A DNA stretch of 64,000 nt from an uncultured Chloroflexia bacterium (GTDB lineage: Bacteria; Chloroflexota; Limnocylindria; Limnocylindrales; CSP1-4), in NCBI GenBank assembly GCA_963833225.1, contig CAWHXD010000008.1:224001-288000 (forward strand), in the 5' to 3' direction. The notes under the pieces are model-generated. The model saw nothing but the letters and a program-made list of their open reading frames with translations. It made no database searches and was not told the DNA's origin. Shown here piece after piece: positions 50,640-60,956 of this stretch. The translations under genes were made by a program, and so were the position numbers. Position 1 is the first letter of the stretch; each line of letters starts with the position of its first letter.

Positions 50640-52513
50640 GCGGTGCCTCCGGAGACGGGCACGGCTTCTCCGGGCCCGACGGGGATGCCGGTCCTGCCGG
50701 CGGCTCGCTCCAGGACGTCCCTGGCCCGCGGGTGGGAGCCGCTGGCGGCCACGTCACGGACCTCGAGCTGGAGCGTCTCGAGACCGCCGAAGACCCGGCT
50801 GACGAGGCGGGCGACGACGTCGACCCGGTCCCCCTCGGCCAGCTGCACGGCCAGGTCGGCCCGGCCGAAGGCGATGCCGTCAAGGACGTCCCGCTCCCGG
50901 CGCAGGACGAGCTGGGTGTGGCCGCCGTTCGCGGCCCGGACCCGCTGCACCGTGAGCCCAAGGACCGCGACCAGCGGCTCGGGATTGCCGGGGCCGCATG
51001 GCGCCAGGCGAGCGAGGTCCCGATACAGCGCGTAGTCCACGTACTCGGCCGGCAGTGCCAGGTCCACGGCCAGCGGCGTCCGGGGGTCGGGTGGACCTGC
51101 CGCGGCCGCCAGGGCGAGGAACCGCTCCGAGAACGCCTCCCAGCGGTCCGCCGGCAGCTCGAAACCCGCCGCAGCCGCGTGGCCGCCGAAGCGCACGAAG
51201 AGGTCGCCGCACGCGGCCAGCATCTCCGCGAGATCCAGCCGTCCATCGCTGCGGCAGGACGCGCGGATGACATCGCCGACCACGGTCCCGATCACGGCCG
51301 GCCGGCCGGCCTCGTCGGCCAGGCGGCCGGCGACGAGGCCGATGATCCCGATCGGCCACGGGCCGTACGCAACGATCGCCGGGGACGATCCATCGCCGGC
51401 GACGATCACCGGTCCGACGTCCGGCCGCGGCCCGGGGAGCAGCGGCTCCTGGCCGGGAACGGCACCCGGGTCCGGCAGGCCGACGGCGGCCCGGGCCTCG
51501 GCGATCGCCGCCCGCATCAGGTCCTTGCGGTTCGAGTTGGCGGCCTCCAGCGTGGCCGCAAGCCCGGCGGCCTCTGCCGGCGTCTCGGCGAGCAGCAGGC
51601 GTGCGGCGTCGAGGGCCTCCCCCACCCGCCCGGCGGCATTGAGCCGCGGCGCCAGGACGAACCCCACCGTCTCGAGGTCAACCGTCGCGGGTGCCACGCG
51701 GGCCCGCTCCAGCAGCGCGGCGATCCCGGGCCGTGGCGTGGTGCGCATCCGCTCGAGGCCGAGCCTGGCGATCGCGCGGTTCTCCCCCAGGATGGGCACC
51801 ACGTCCGACACGGTGCCGATGGTGGCGAGCTCCGCGAGGTCCAGCGCATCCGCCTCCGACCCCGCCAGCTCCCCGAGCAGCAGCCGCGCGACCGTGAAGG
51901 CGACCCCGGAGCCAGACAGCCGCGGATCCGGGTAGGTCGAGTCCGCCCGGTGGGGATTGACGATCGCCACGGCCGCGGGGAGCACGGGCGGCAGGTGGTG
52001 ATGGTCGGTCACGATGACGTCGATCCCGCGCGACCCGGCCGCGGCGATCTCGGTCACGCTCGTGGATCCCGTGTCCACCGTGACGATGAGCGCGAGTCCG
52101 AGACGTTCAGCCGTCTCCACCGCCGCCATCGACAGCCCGTGGCCCTCCTCCAGCCGGGACGGGACGTACGGGTGCGCCTCGAGACCCAGCCGCCGGAGCA
52201 CGATGACCAGCTGGGCGAGACCGGTGAGGCCATCGGCGTCAAAGTCGCCGAAGACCATGACCCGCTCGGCCCGCTCGCGCGCCCGGCGGATGCGCTCCAC
52301 GACCAGCGCCGAGTCGGGCAGGAGCCGCGGATCGTTGAGGCCGGCGATCGCCGGTCCCAGGAAGGCCGCCAGGGCCGTCTCGTCCGCGATGCCGCGGCGG
52401 GCCATCACCGTGGCGGCAACGGTGCCGACGCCCAGGGCCCGCGCGGCCGCGCGCAGACCCGGATCGAGCCGGAGCGGTTCAGCGAAGATCCAGCGGTGAC
52501 GGGCGTCGATCAT
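50636..52513 (-). CDS. recJ: ssDNA exonuclease RecJ (DHH family)
   Basis: GDFDADG, TVDTG, TDHH, PRLNAAGR, GGHAAAAG, PCGPGNPEP. Confidence 0.95.
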   Translation of the reverse strand: MIDARHRWIFAEPLRLDPGLRAAARALGVGTVAATVMARRGIADETALAAFLGPAIAGLNDPRLLPDSALVVERIRRARERAERVMVFGDFDADGLTGLAQLVIVLRRLGLEAHPYVPSRLEEGHGLSMAAVETAERLGLALIVTVDTGSTSVTEIAAAGSRGIDVIVTDHHHLPPVLPAAVAIVNPHRADSTYPDPRLSGSGVAFTVARLLLGELAGSEADALDLAELATIGTVSDVVPILGENRAIARLGLERMRTTPRPGIAALLERARVAPATVDLETVGFVLAPRLNAAGRVGEALDAARLLLAETPAEAAGLAATLEAANSNRKDLMRAAIAEARAAVGLPDPGAVPGQEPLLPGPRPDVGPVIVAGDGSSPAIVAYGPWPIGIIGLVAGRLADEAGRPAVIGTVVGDVIRASCRSDGRLDLAEMLAACGDLFVRFGGHAAAAGFELPADRWEAFSERFLALAAAAGPPDPRTPLAVDLALPAEYVDYALYRDLARLAPCGPGNPEPLVAVLGLTVQRVRAANGGHTQLVLRRERDVLDGIAFGRADLAVQLAEGDRVDVVARLVSRVFGGLETLQLEVRDVAASGSHPRARDVLERAAGRTGIPVGPGEAVPVSGGTA

Positions 52514-52601
52514 CGCACGCAGAATGCCACGGCGGACGTATCTGCCACTTGACGGTGGCGCGGAGCGGATGACGGGCGCCGGCGACAACCGGGCCCCGTG
52601 A

Positions 52602-53867
52602 TCACGTGGCCGCGCGGCGGCTTGGGCGAGCCGCGAGCTCGCGGCCCTTCCTGCGGTCTTCCCAGAGATGCCAGACCACGAGGAGCGGGCTCGCGTTGAA
52701 GATCGATGAGTAGGTCCCGGACACGATGCCCAGGAGCAGCGCGAGGACGAAGGTGCCGATCGCCTCGCCGGCGAACAGGAGCAGCGCGAGGAGAGTGATG
52801 ACGACGGTGAGGCTTGTCGTGATCGAGCGGCCGAACGTCTGCAGGATCGAGTGGTTGACGATCTGGTCGAACGGCTCGCCCACGTGGCGGGCTCGGTTCT
52901 CGCGGACCCGGTCGAACACCACGATCGTGTCGTGGACCGAGAAGCCGATGACGGTCAGCATCGCCGTCACGAACAGGCTGTCGATCTGGAGGCCCACCAG
53001 CGTCCCCAGGATCGCGAACACGCCGACCACGACGAGCACGTCGTGGAGGAGCGCGATCAGGGCGCAGACGCCCATCTTGAAGTCGCGGAACCGGTACGTG
53101 ATCCACAGCAGGATCCCGATCGATCCGAAGAAGATCAGGGTCAGGGCCTGCAGGATGAGATCGCTCGAGACGACCGCGCCGACCGACGTCAGCGACTGCT
53201 GCTCGGCGATCGGGCCGAGCTTGGCCTCCAGGGCGAAGCGGACCTCGCCCAGCTTGCCGGTCGATGGCAGCGTCGCGCCGACACCCGCCGACGGCGATGC
53301 TGACGGGGAGGCCGAGGCGGCGGCGGAGGCCGACGGGGCGACGCTCGGGGAGGCCGACGGGGCGGCGGAGGGAGCGGTGCTCGCCGATGCCGAGGGCACG
53401 ACGCTCGCGGCGAGCGAGGGCACGACGCTCGCGGCGGCCGACGGAGCGGTCGAGATTGACGGCACGGCGGACGCGGAGGGCACGGCGGAGGGTGACACGG
53501 CCACGGACGCGGCCGGCGAGCTGGACGCGGCCACCGACGCCGACGGCGCAACCGACGGCAGCGGCGTCGCGACCGGCACCGGCGCCGCCAGGGCGGCCTC
53601 CTTGGTCCGGATCTCGATGAAGTCGCCCGTCTTGGTGGCGGAGGCGTCGTAGCCCTCCGCCTGGACGATGGCCCTGACCTCCTCGGGTGTGACCGCGGGG
53701 TTCTCGAACCGGATCGACCAGACGGTGCCACCCGTGAAGTCGATCGCGTACTGCAGGCCGACCGCGCCGCCGGTGATGGGCCCGAGGAGAATGAAGATGA
53801 GGCCGGGGATGGTGACGAGCAGGGAGAAGGCGAAGAACCACTTCCGCTTGCCGATGACGTCAAACAC
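52602..53867 (-). CDS. secF: Protein translocase SecF
   Basis: IDFTGG, HDV, GFSVHDTIVVFDRVRE, GTYSS. Confidence 0.95.
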   Translation of the reverse strand: MFDVIGKRKWFFAFSLLVTIPGLIFILLGPITGGAVGLQYAIDFTGGTVWSIRFENPAVTPEEVRAIVQAEGYDASATKTGDFIEIRTKEAALAAPVPVATPLPSVAPSASVAASSSPAASVAVSPSAVPSASAVPSISTAPSAAASVVPSLAASVVPSASASTAPSAAPSASPSVAPSASAAASASPSASPSAGVGATLPSTGKLGEVRFALEAKLGPIAEQQSLTSVGAVVSSDLILQALTLIFFGSIGILLWITYRFRDFKMGVCALIALLHDVLVVVGVFAILGTLVGLQIDSLFVTAMLTVIGFSVHDTIVVFDRVRENRARHVGEPFDQIVNHSILQTFGRSITTSLTVVITLLALLLFAGEAIGTFVLALLLGIVSGTYSSIFNASPLLVVWHLWEDRRKGRELAARPSRRAAT

Positions 53868-55266
53868 GCCCGCGCGCCTCTCGCCGAAGGGCGCCGCGGC
53901 CGGACGTCGGCCGGGCCAGGAACTCTTCCTCCGTGACCCCGTAGAGACTCGCCTTGCGAGCCCACGGCTGCGCAACGACGATCCGCATGACCGTCCGGGT
54001 CACGGTGACCGCGGTGAACATCGAGACCAGCACGCCGATGATCAGCACGAGACCGAACCCGCGGATGGTCGATGAGCCGAACAGGAACAGGATCGTGGCC
54101 GTGATCAGGCTGGACACGTTCGAGTCGAGGATCGAGTTCCAGGCCCGGTTGAACCCGGCCTCGATGGCCGCCGGCAGGCTCTTGCCCACGCGCATCTCTT
54201 CCTTGGTCCGCTCGAAGATCAGGATGTTGGCGTCGACCGCCATGCCCACCGAGAGCACGAAGCCCGCGATGCCGGCCAGGGTGAGGGTCACCGGGATGAT
54301 CCGGAACAGGGCGAGGACCACCAGCGCGTAGTAGACGAGCGCTCCGCTGGCCACGAGGCCCGGGAGCCGGTAGTGCACGACCATGAACACCAGGACCATC
54401 AGGACGGCGATCGCACCCGCCAGCAGGCTCTGGCGCAGGAACGCGTCGCCCAGGGTCGGGCTGACCTGCGCCCGGGACAGGGGCTCGATCGGGAATGGCA
54501 GCTGGCCGAACTGGAGGATCGTGACCAGGTTCTGGGCCTCAGCCAGCGGGTAGCCGCCGATGCCACCCTGGCTGATCTGGACCTGGCCATTGGGAATGGA
54601 CGACTGGATGACCGGGGCGCTGATGACCTCGCCGTCGAGGACGATCGCGAAGAAGTCCTGGATATGACCCGTCGTGTACTTGGCAAACAGGTCCTTGCCC
54701 TCGGCGTTGAGGGTGAAGTCGACCGTGCGCTGGCCGTTCTGGTCGGCACCGATCGACGCGGCGGCGACCTGGTTGCCGGAGAACAGCACGCAGTTGATCT
54801 GCTCGACATCCGCGCACTTCGTGTTGATCCAGGTTGGGTCGAGCTGCTGGCCCTGTGAGGCCGGCGCTGCGCCGCCCACGGCCGGCCCGAGGGGCATGAA
54901 GTCCAGCCGACCCGTGGTGCCGATCAGCGATTCGATCTGCTCGAAGTTCTTCACGCCCGGCATCTCGACCACGACGCGGTCCGAGCCCTGGACCACGACG
55001 GTCGGTTCCGACACGCCGGACTTGTCGACCCGGTTGAGGATGATCTGGCGCATGATGTTGAGGTCGCTGGGGGCAGGAACCTTGCCCTCGGCGGGGAGCA
55101 CCCGGTACTCGATCCGCAGGCCGCCGGTGAGGTCGAGGCCCAGCTTGGTCTCGAGGTTCCGCGCCTGCCCGGACGAGCTCAGGGCGGGGATGGGAAGCGG
55201 AAACACGCTCGCCAGAAAGGCGAGCAGACCCACGACGACAATCAGGATCGGACCGGCGCGACGCAT
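53860..55266 (-). CDS. secD: Protein translocase SecD
   Basis: LGLDLTGG, AIVLDG, GMAVDANILIFER, DSN, IRGFG. Confidence 0.96.
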   Translation of the reverse strand: MRRAGPILIVVVGLLAFLASVFPLPIPALSSSGQARNLETKLGLDLTGGLRIEYRVLPAEGKVPAPSDLNIMRQIILNRVDKSGVSEPTVVVQGSDRVVVEMPGVKNFEQIESLIGTTGRLDFMPLGPAVGGAAPASQGQQLDPTWINTKCADVEQINCVLFSGNQVAAASIGADQNGQRTVDFTLNAEGKDLFAKYTTGHIQDFFAIVLDGEVISAPVIQSSIPNGQVQISQGGIGGYPLAEAQNLVTILQFGQLPFPIEPLSRAQVSPTLGDAFLRQSLLAGAIAVLMVLVFMVVHYRLPGLVASGALVYYALVVLALFRIIPVTLTLAGIAGFVLSVGMAVDANILIFERTKEEMRVGKSLPAAIEAGFNRAWNSILDSNVSSLITATILFLFGSSTIRGFGLVLIIGVLVSMFTAVTVTRTVMRIVVAQPWARKASLYGVTEEEFLARPTSGRGALRREARGRV

Positions 55267-55387
55267 CGGGGCGGGATGATACAGGGAGCGGCCGGGTCGT
55301 GCGGCGCCGCCCAGCGGTCCCCCGGGGTCGTCGCGCCGGCCGCAGCGGACGGCACATTGGCCCAGAACGCCGCCGGCCCTGGATCGA

Positions 55388-57244
55388 TCAGGACTCGAGG
55401 TGGGCCTTGATCCGCTCCGCCAGCGCCCGCCCGATGCCGGGCACCGCGGCCACCTGCTCAACCGGCGCCTCCCGGACCCGCTTTGCCGAGCCGAACACCT
55501 TGAGCAGCTCACGCTTGCGCTTGGGACCCACGCCGGGCAGGTCGTCGAACGCCGACTTGACCGCGCGCTTGTTGCGCAGGTTGCGGTGGTACGTGATGGC
55601 GAACCGGTGCGCCTCGTCGCGCAGCCGCTGGACCAGGTACAGGGCCTGGGAGGTGGTCGGCAGCATCACCGGGTCATCGCGATCCGGGAGGACCAGCTCC
55701 TCGCGCTCCTTGGCCAGGCCGACCATCGGCAGGTCGTGCAGCCCCAGCTCGTCGAGGACCTCCTTCGCGGCGCTCACCTGGCCCCGGCCGCCATCGATGA
55801 TCACCAGGTCCGGCATCGCCCAGCGGCGCTCTTCCTCGGTCCCCTCCTCGCCCGCCCGCGTGTTGCGGAACCGGCGGCGCAGCACCTCCTGGTGGCTGGC
55901 GAAGTCATTGGGCCCCTGGACGCCGCGGACCTGGAACCGGCGGTACTCCCCGGTCCGAGGGCGGCCCTCCTCGAACACCACCATGCTGCCCACCGTCTGG
56001 GCGCCGCCGAGGTTGCTGATGTCGTAGCACTCGATCCGCATCGGCGGCCCGGGCAGGCCGAGCGCCGACGCCAGCTCCTCGAGCGCGCCGAGCGTGCGGC
56101 CCTCGTCGGCGAGCCAGCGGGCGGCCTCCCGGGCGAGCGACTCCTGGGCGTTCCGGGTCGCCAGGTCCATCAGCTGGCGCTTCTCGCCGCGCAGGGGGGT
56201 GCGCAGGTGGACGCCGCTGCCGCGACGCAGCGCGAGGAACGCCTCGAGGTCGGCCTTCTCGGTCACGGACCGCGGGACCAGCACCTCGCGCGGGACGCTG
56301 GTCGCCCGGGCGTAGTACTGGAGCAGGAACTGGCCAAGCACCTCGTCATCGGCGACATCGTGGTGGGCATCGAGGAAGAACACGTCCCGGCCCAGCATCT
56401 TGCCGTTGCGGACCACGAACAGCTGGACGGCAGCCTGGTCATCCTTGCGGGCCAGCGCCACAAGGTCGAGCTCCGTGCGGGCGAAGGCGGCCATCTTCTG
56501 GCTCTCCATCGTCCGCTCGATGGCGCGGATCTTGTCGCGGACCACCGCCGCCTTCTCGTACTGCTCGGCCTCGGAGGCGACGTGCATCTCGTGGCCGAGG
56601 CCGTCCAGCAGGACCTCGGCGTTGCCCTCGAGGAACAGCTCGACCTGGGCGATGTCGCGCCGGTAGGCAGCCCTGGAGATCGCCTCGATGCACGGGCCCT
56701 GGCAGCGCTTGATGTGGTACAGGAGGCATGGACGGGCGAGCGCCCGGACGCCCTCCTTGATCTCGATGGTGCAGGTCCGGAACGGGAACAGGCGCCGGAC
56801 GAGGTTCATCGCCTCGTCCACGGACGACGCCGACGCGTACGGCCCGAAGTAGCGCGACCCGTCATTGGGCAGCTTGCGCGTGCGTTCGACGCGCGGGAAG
56901 TCGTCAGCCAGCGTGACCTTGATGTACGGGTAGCTCTTGTCGTCCTTGAGCCTCACGTTGAACCGCGGCTTGAACCGCTTGATGAGGTTCGCCTCGAGCA
57001 GGAGGGCCTCGCTGACCGAGTCCACCTCCGTGACCTCGAGGTCGGTGACCCGCTCGATCGCCTGGCGGATCCGGTGCACCTCGCCCCGGCCGCCGGGTGC
57101 CTGCTTCTGCCAGTAGCTTCGGACGCGGCTGCGGAGGCTCTGGGCCTTGCCCACGTACAGGACCTCGCCGCGGGCGTCCTTCATCAGGTACACGCCCGGC
57201 CGGTCCGGGAGGGTCGCGAGGGTTGCCTTCAGCGCCGAGTTCAC
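55388..57244 (-). CDS. uvrC: Excinuclease ABC subunit C
   Basis: PGVY, YVGKA, DDKSYPY, IECYDIS, DGG, RDEAHRFA, HhH motifs. Confidence 0.97.
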   Translation of the reverse strand: MNSALKATLATLPDRPGVYLMKDARGEVLYVGKAQSLRSRVRSYWQKQAPGGRGEVHRIRQAIERVTDLEVTEVDSVSEALLLEANLIKRFKPRFNVRLKDDKSYPYIKVTLADDFPRVERTRKLPNDGSRYFGPYASASSVDEAMNLVRRLFPFRTCTIEIKEGVRALARPCLLYHIKRCQGPCIEAISRAAYRRDIAQVELFLEGNAEVLLDGLGHEMHVASEAEQYEKAAVVRDKIRAIERTMESQKMAAFARTELDLVALARKDDQAAVQLFVVRNGKMLGRDVFFLDAHHDVADDEVLGQFLLQYYARATSVPREVLVPRSVTEKADLEAFLALRRGSGVHLRTPLRGEKRQLMDLATRNAQESLAREAARWLADEGRTLGALEELASALGLPGPPMRIECYDISNLGGAQTVGSMVVFEEGRPRTGEYRRFQVRGVQGPNDFASHQEVLRRRFRNTRAGEEGTEEERRWAMPDLVIIDGGRGQVSAAKEVLDELGLHDLPMVGLAKEREELVLPDRDDPVMLPTTSQALYLVQRLRDEAHRFAITYHRNLRNKRAVKSAFDDLPGVGPKRKRELLKVFGSAKRVREAPVEQVAAVPGIGRALAERIKAHLES

Positions 57245-57275
57245 GTGGCCGATTATCGACCCGGCGCCGCGCTGG

Positions 57276-57320
57276 GGCGCGGAACCGCTATGGTGCGGCG
57301 CGGAACCGCTATGGTGCGGC
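57276..57320. repeat. 21-bp tandem repeat x2 in the divergent uvrC/helicase spacer
   Basis: GGCGCGGAACCGCTATGGTGC at 57276 and 57297. Confidence 0.85.
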
Positions 57321-57390
57321 CTGGCAACTGGTGCCCGATGGCACCGGCAAGCCGGCGATAAGCGGCGTGGCGCACGATCCGGGGATGGCA

Positions 57391-59067
57391 ATGCCTCCCC
57401 ATCCCTCGGTGGTCGAACGACTCGCGCGCCTGGCAGCCGATCAGCGCGCCGCGGCGACCTCGCCGCCGGGTCCCGTGCTGTGCGTCGCACCTGCGGGGAG
57501 CGGCAAGACCACGACGCTGGTCGCGCGCGTCGCCTGGCTGGTGGACGGCGGCGCCGACCCGGCGACCGTGTGCATCGTCGCGTTCAACAAGCGTGCCGCC
57601 GAGGAGCTCACCGACCGGGTCGACGCCGCGCTGGCCGTGCTCGGGATCGCCGCGGGTTCCGTGCGGGTGCGGACGTTCCACGCCCTGGGCCGCGAGATCC
57701 TGGGCGATGCGGGCATCCCGGTGGAGCCGCTCGCCGACCGGGACCAGGTCCTGCGGGAGCTGTTCCCGGGGATCACGGCAGGCGATCGCGGCCGGCTGGA
57801 CCTGGCGTTCTCGCGCCTCAAGCTGGACCTGCGGGTGACCGCCGCCGACGTCGCCGCCGACCCGGCGCCCGGCCCCGTGGCGCGGGCGTTCGTCGCGTAC
57901 GAGGAGGCCGTGCGCGCCACCGGCGGCGTCGACTTCGATGACCTGCTCGTGCGGGCGCTGGCCGAGCTCCGTGCCGACGAGTCGCTGCTTGCCCGCTGGC
58001 GCGGACGGACCGCGAGGCTGCTCGTCGACGAGGCGCAGGATCTCGATCGAACCCAGCTCGAGCTCGCGCTCCTGCTGGCCGCGCCGGCGAACGACGTGTT
58101 CCTCGTGGGCGACGATGACCAGACGATCTACTCCTGGCGGCTCGCGGACGTGCGCCGCGTCCTGGGGCTGGCGGCCGCGCTGCCCGGCCTGCGCCGGGTG
58201 GACCTCGAGACCAACTACCGGTGTCCTCCCCCGGTCGTCGAGCGCGCCGTGCGACTGGTGGAGCACAACCGCGAGCGGTTCGCGAAGCGGATCCTTGCGG
58301 GCTCCCGGTCGGGCGGCGCGATCATCCTGGCCGGCGATGCCTCCGATGATCCGGTCCGGGTTCGGAGGGTCATGGCGGCGTGGCCCGGCGATGGCTCGTC
58401 CCGGGCAGTCCTCGCGAGAACGAACCGGGAGCTGCTCGCCGCCATCGTCGCCGCCCTGGATCTCGGGGTCCCGTTCCGGGCGCCGTCCCTCGTCCTGCCG
58501 ATCGAGGATCCCCGGCTCGATGGGCTGATGGACCGCGCGGCCGGGCTCGAGGCAGGGGGGACAGCCCTGCTGCTGGCCCTGGGGCAGCTGCGGGCTGAGC
58601 TTCGCGCCGAGGAGGCACGTGCCGTCACCGGCGCGGCCCCCGCCGCCGCGGTCGACCCAGGCGACGAGCCGGCCCTATCCGACCTCGTCACGGCCCTGCT
58701 CGGGTGGGCCGCCCCGGTGACGTCCATCGACGTGCTCCGGGCTGCTGTCGACGCGCGACGGGTCCGCCTGGCCGAGCTTCGGCGGGAGGACGCCGCCCTC
58801 TCGCTAGCCACGGCCCACGGCACCAAGGGACTCGAGTGGGACCACGTCCTCGTCCTCACCGACGGGTTCCCGGGCCGTCGCTCCGTCACCGATGCCACCG
58901 AGCCGGAGCGGGCGCTGGAGGAGGAGCGGCGGCTGGCGTACGTCGCCTGGACGCGCGCACGGCGCTCCCTGACCCTGCTCTACGACCCGGACAGCCCGTC
59001 CCCGTTCCTCGGCGAGGCATTCGAACCCTGGGAGCTGGCGGCTCCTCACCGGGCGCGTGCCGCCTAG
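57391..59067 (+). CDS. UvrD/Rep/PcrA-family helicase (compact, ~560 aa)
   Basis: AGSGKT, DEAQD, GDDDQTIY, NYRC, TAHGTKGLEW, EERRLAYVAWTRAR. Confidence 0.92.
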   Translation: MPPHPSVVERLARLAADQRAAATSPPGPVLCVAPAGSGKTTTLVARVAWLVDGGADPATVCIVAFNKRAAEELTDRVDAALAVLGIAAGSVRVRTFHALGREILGDAGIPVEPLADRDQVLRELFPGITAGDRGRLDLAFSRLKLDLRVTAADVAADPAPGPVARAFVAYEEAVRATGGVDFDDLLVRALAELRADESLLARWRGRTARLLVDEAQDLDRTQLELALLLAAPANDVFLVGDDDQTIYSWRLADVRRVLGLAAALPGLRRVDLETNYRCPPPVVERAVRLVEHNRERFAKRILAGSRSGGAIILAGDASDDPVRVRRVMAAWPGDGSSRAVLARTNRELLAAIVAALDLGVPFRAPSLVLPIEDPRLDGLMDRAAGLEAGGTALLLALGQLRAELRAEEARAVTGAAPAAAVDPGDEPALSDLVTALLGWAAPVTSIDVLRAAVDARRVRLAELRREDAALSLATAHGTKGLEWDHVLVLTDGFPGRRSVTDATEPERALEEERRLAYVAWTRARRSLTLLYDPDSPSPFLGEAFEPWELAAPHRARAA

Positions 59068-59132
59068 ACTGGCGCGGTGATCGCAACCCCGACGCTGGCC
59101 GTCCCCGTGCCCGTTCGTTGGCTTCGGTCGGC

Positions 59133-59717
59133 ATGAGCCGGTCTCCGGATCCGGGACATCCCCCCGAGCCGTGCTTACCCGCGGAGCCGAGCCTCCTCTC
59201 TGAGCCGGGCTTGCCCGCGGAGCCCAGCCTCCTCCATGAGCCGAGCCGGCTGCCGGATCTCGGTCCACGCGGCGAGGGCTGGGTGGCGATCCAGTTCGTC
59301 CTCTTCGCGCTCGTCTTCGTCGCCGGGTCGACCGGTCCCGCGACCAGCGGGACTGCGCGCATCGTTCTCGTCGTGGCGGGCATGGGCTTCGGTGCCGCCG
59401 GAGGGATGCTCGCCCTGCGCGGGCTGTACGACCTGCGCGCCGCGCTCACGGCACTCCCGCACCCGCGCGACGGAGCCGAGCTCGTCGGGACCGGGTCCTA
59501 CGGGCTCGTCCGCCATCCGATCTACGGCGGGATCGTGCTCGCCGCCACCGGCTGGGCCCTGTTCATGGCCGCCCCGGCGGCCCTCCTGGGGGCGGCCCTG
59601 TTGCTCGCCTTCTTCCGGCTCAAGTCGAGTCGTGAGGAGGCCTGGCTCCGGGAGCGGTATCCGGAATACGCCGCGTATGCGGCCCGCACGAGGCGGATGC
59701 TCCCCTACCTCTACTGA
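59133..59717 (+). CDS. Isoprenylcysteine carboxylmethyltransferase/PEMT family membrane protein
   Basis: LVGTGSYGLVRHPIY, EEAWL, YAAY. Confidence 0.88.
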   Translation: MSRSPDPGHPPEPCLPAEPSLLSEPGLPAEPSLLHEPSRLPDLGPRGEGWVAIQFVLFALVFVAGSTGPATSGTARIVLVVAGMGFGAAGGMLALRGLYDLRAALTALPHPRDGAELVGTGSYGLVRHPIYGGIVLAATGWALFMAAPAALLGAALLLAFFRLKSSREEAWLRERYPEYAAYAARTRRMLPYLY

Positions 59718-59937
59718 CCGTCGACCGGCGTCGCGCCCCGTGGTCCCTGTTCGGTCGCACTTGTTGAACGCTGGCCGTTCCTTGCAGCGGCTCCGGGCAT
59801 CGCCAGCCTCCACGTGGAACGCCTTGGGTTCGGATTCAGGGCTCCGAGCCATCGGTCGGCGCATCTCGAACGGCCCGCGTTCAGGGTGGCGGTTGAGGGG
59901 GCGCGTCCACGGTAGTCACCCGCGGTAGGGAACGCTC

Positions 59938-60073
59938 GGCGTTCAGCCCGGGCGAGAGCACCGGGTCGTCGGGGCGTTCAGCCCGGGCGAGAGCACCGGG
60001 TCGTCGGGGCGTTCAGCCCGGGCGAGGGCACCGGGTCGTCGGGGCGTTCAGCCCGGGCGAGGGCACCGGGTCG
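59938..60073. repeat. 35-bp tandem repeat, ~4 copies
   Basis: GGCGTTCAGCCCGGGCGAG(A/G)GCACCGGGTCGTCGG at 59938, 59973, 60008 and 60043. Confidence 0.92.
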
Positions 60074-60103
60074 GCGTGGCCCGGTCTCAGACCGCGGGGC
60101 CGA

Positions 60104-60454
60104 TCAGCCGTCCGCGCTCAGCTCGCGCTTCGCGAGCTCCTTGAGCAGCCGGTCGATGGCGACGAGGAATGGCTCGGTCACGTCGGCCGGCAGCGAATCG
60201 CGGATCGAATCCTTGGGGCCGAACGCCGCACGGGCTCGGAGCGCGGCGCGGCGGAGGTCAACGAGCTCGTCGTCGCGCAGTCGATCCGGGATGGCTTCCA
60301 TGTAGGCGACCCACCGCGCGTTCCCCGCTTCCCGTGCGGCCGCCACCAGACGGTCAGCGGTGCGCGCCGCCGCGAGCGCGACATCGTCGATGACCGGCCG
60401 CTCGTGGCGCGCTGGTCCGCGCCGAACCGCGCGTTCCCCGCGTCGAACCGTCAC
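60104..60454 (-). CDS. Hypothetical protein
   Basis: Start overlaps the upstream stop (GTGA); helical, AAFGPKDSIRD. Confidence 0.6.
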   Translation of the reverse strand: MTVRRGERAVRRGPARHERPVIDDVALAAARTADRLVAAAREAGNARWVAYMEAIPDRLRDDELVDLRRAALRARAAFGPKDSIRDSLPADVTEPFLVAIDRLLKELAKRELSADG

Positions 60455-60894
60455 GAGGTGGGGGCACCGCCCGCTGGCGCGTCTCCTGCGGCCGCCGGCG
60501 GCCGCACCAGGACGAGCCCCAGGCGCTTGCGCTCCGAGCCATTCACGAGGATCCGGAACGAGTAGTCGCCCGGCGCCGGAAACGTGAGGTTCCAGAGGTC
60601 GATGCTGAACGTGAGGATCGCATCGCGGGCGTCAGGGTTCGCGTGGGCGACCAGGCTGCCGGTCGCCCCGGTGACCTCGGCACCGTCGGGATCGAGGAGG
60701 ACGATCCGGAGCTCGTGCTCGTGCTCCGTCTCCGGCGCTGTGACGACGAGCCCCACGACCAGTGCCAGGTGCGGATGGCGAAGCGGAAAGGTCCGTCCAC
60801 CGATCCGGGTGATCCCGCCGCCGAGCACGTGGAACTTCTGGCCAGGCTGCGTCTCGGCCGCGTCGGCGAGGAAGGCGAAGTCGATCTCGGGCAT
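60451..60894 (-). CDS. Small beta-sandwich protein (DUF6941-like)
   Basis: DFAFLADAA...KFHVLGGG...FPAPGDY. Confidence 0.65.
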   Translation of the reverse strand: MPEIDFAFLADAAETQPGQKFHVLGGGITRIGGRTFPLRHPHLALVVGLVVTAPETEHEHELRIVLLDPDGAEVTGATGSLVAHANPDARDAILTFSIDLWNLTFPAPGDYSFRILVNGSERKRLGLVLVRPPAAAGDAPAGGAPTS

Positions 60895-60956
60895 GAGGGG
60901 ATGGTAGCCCCCCGCGTGACCCGCGTCAGGCGCGGCTGGCCCCAACGTGACCTGCG

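Noticed and set aside
59938-60073. CRISPR array
   Set aside because: Head-to-tail 35-bp units with no unique spacers.
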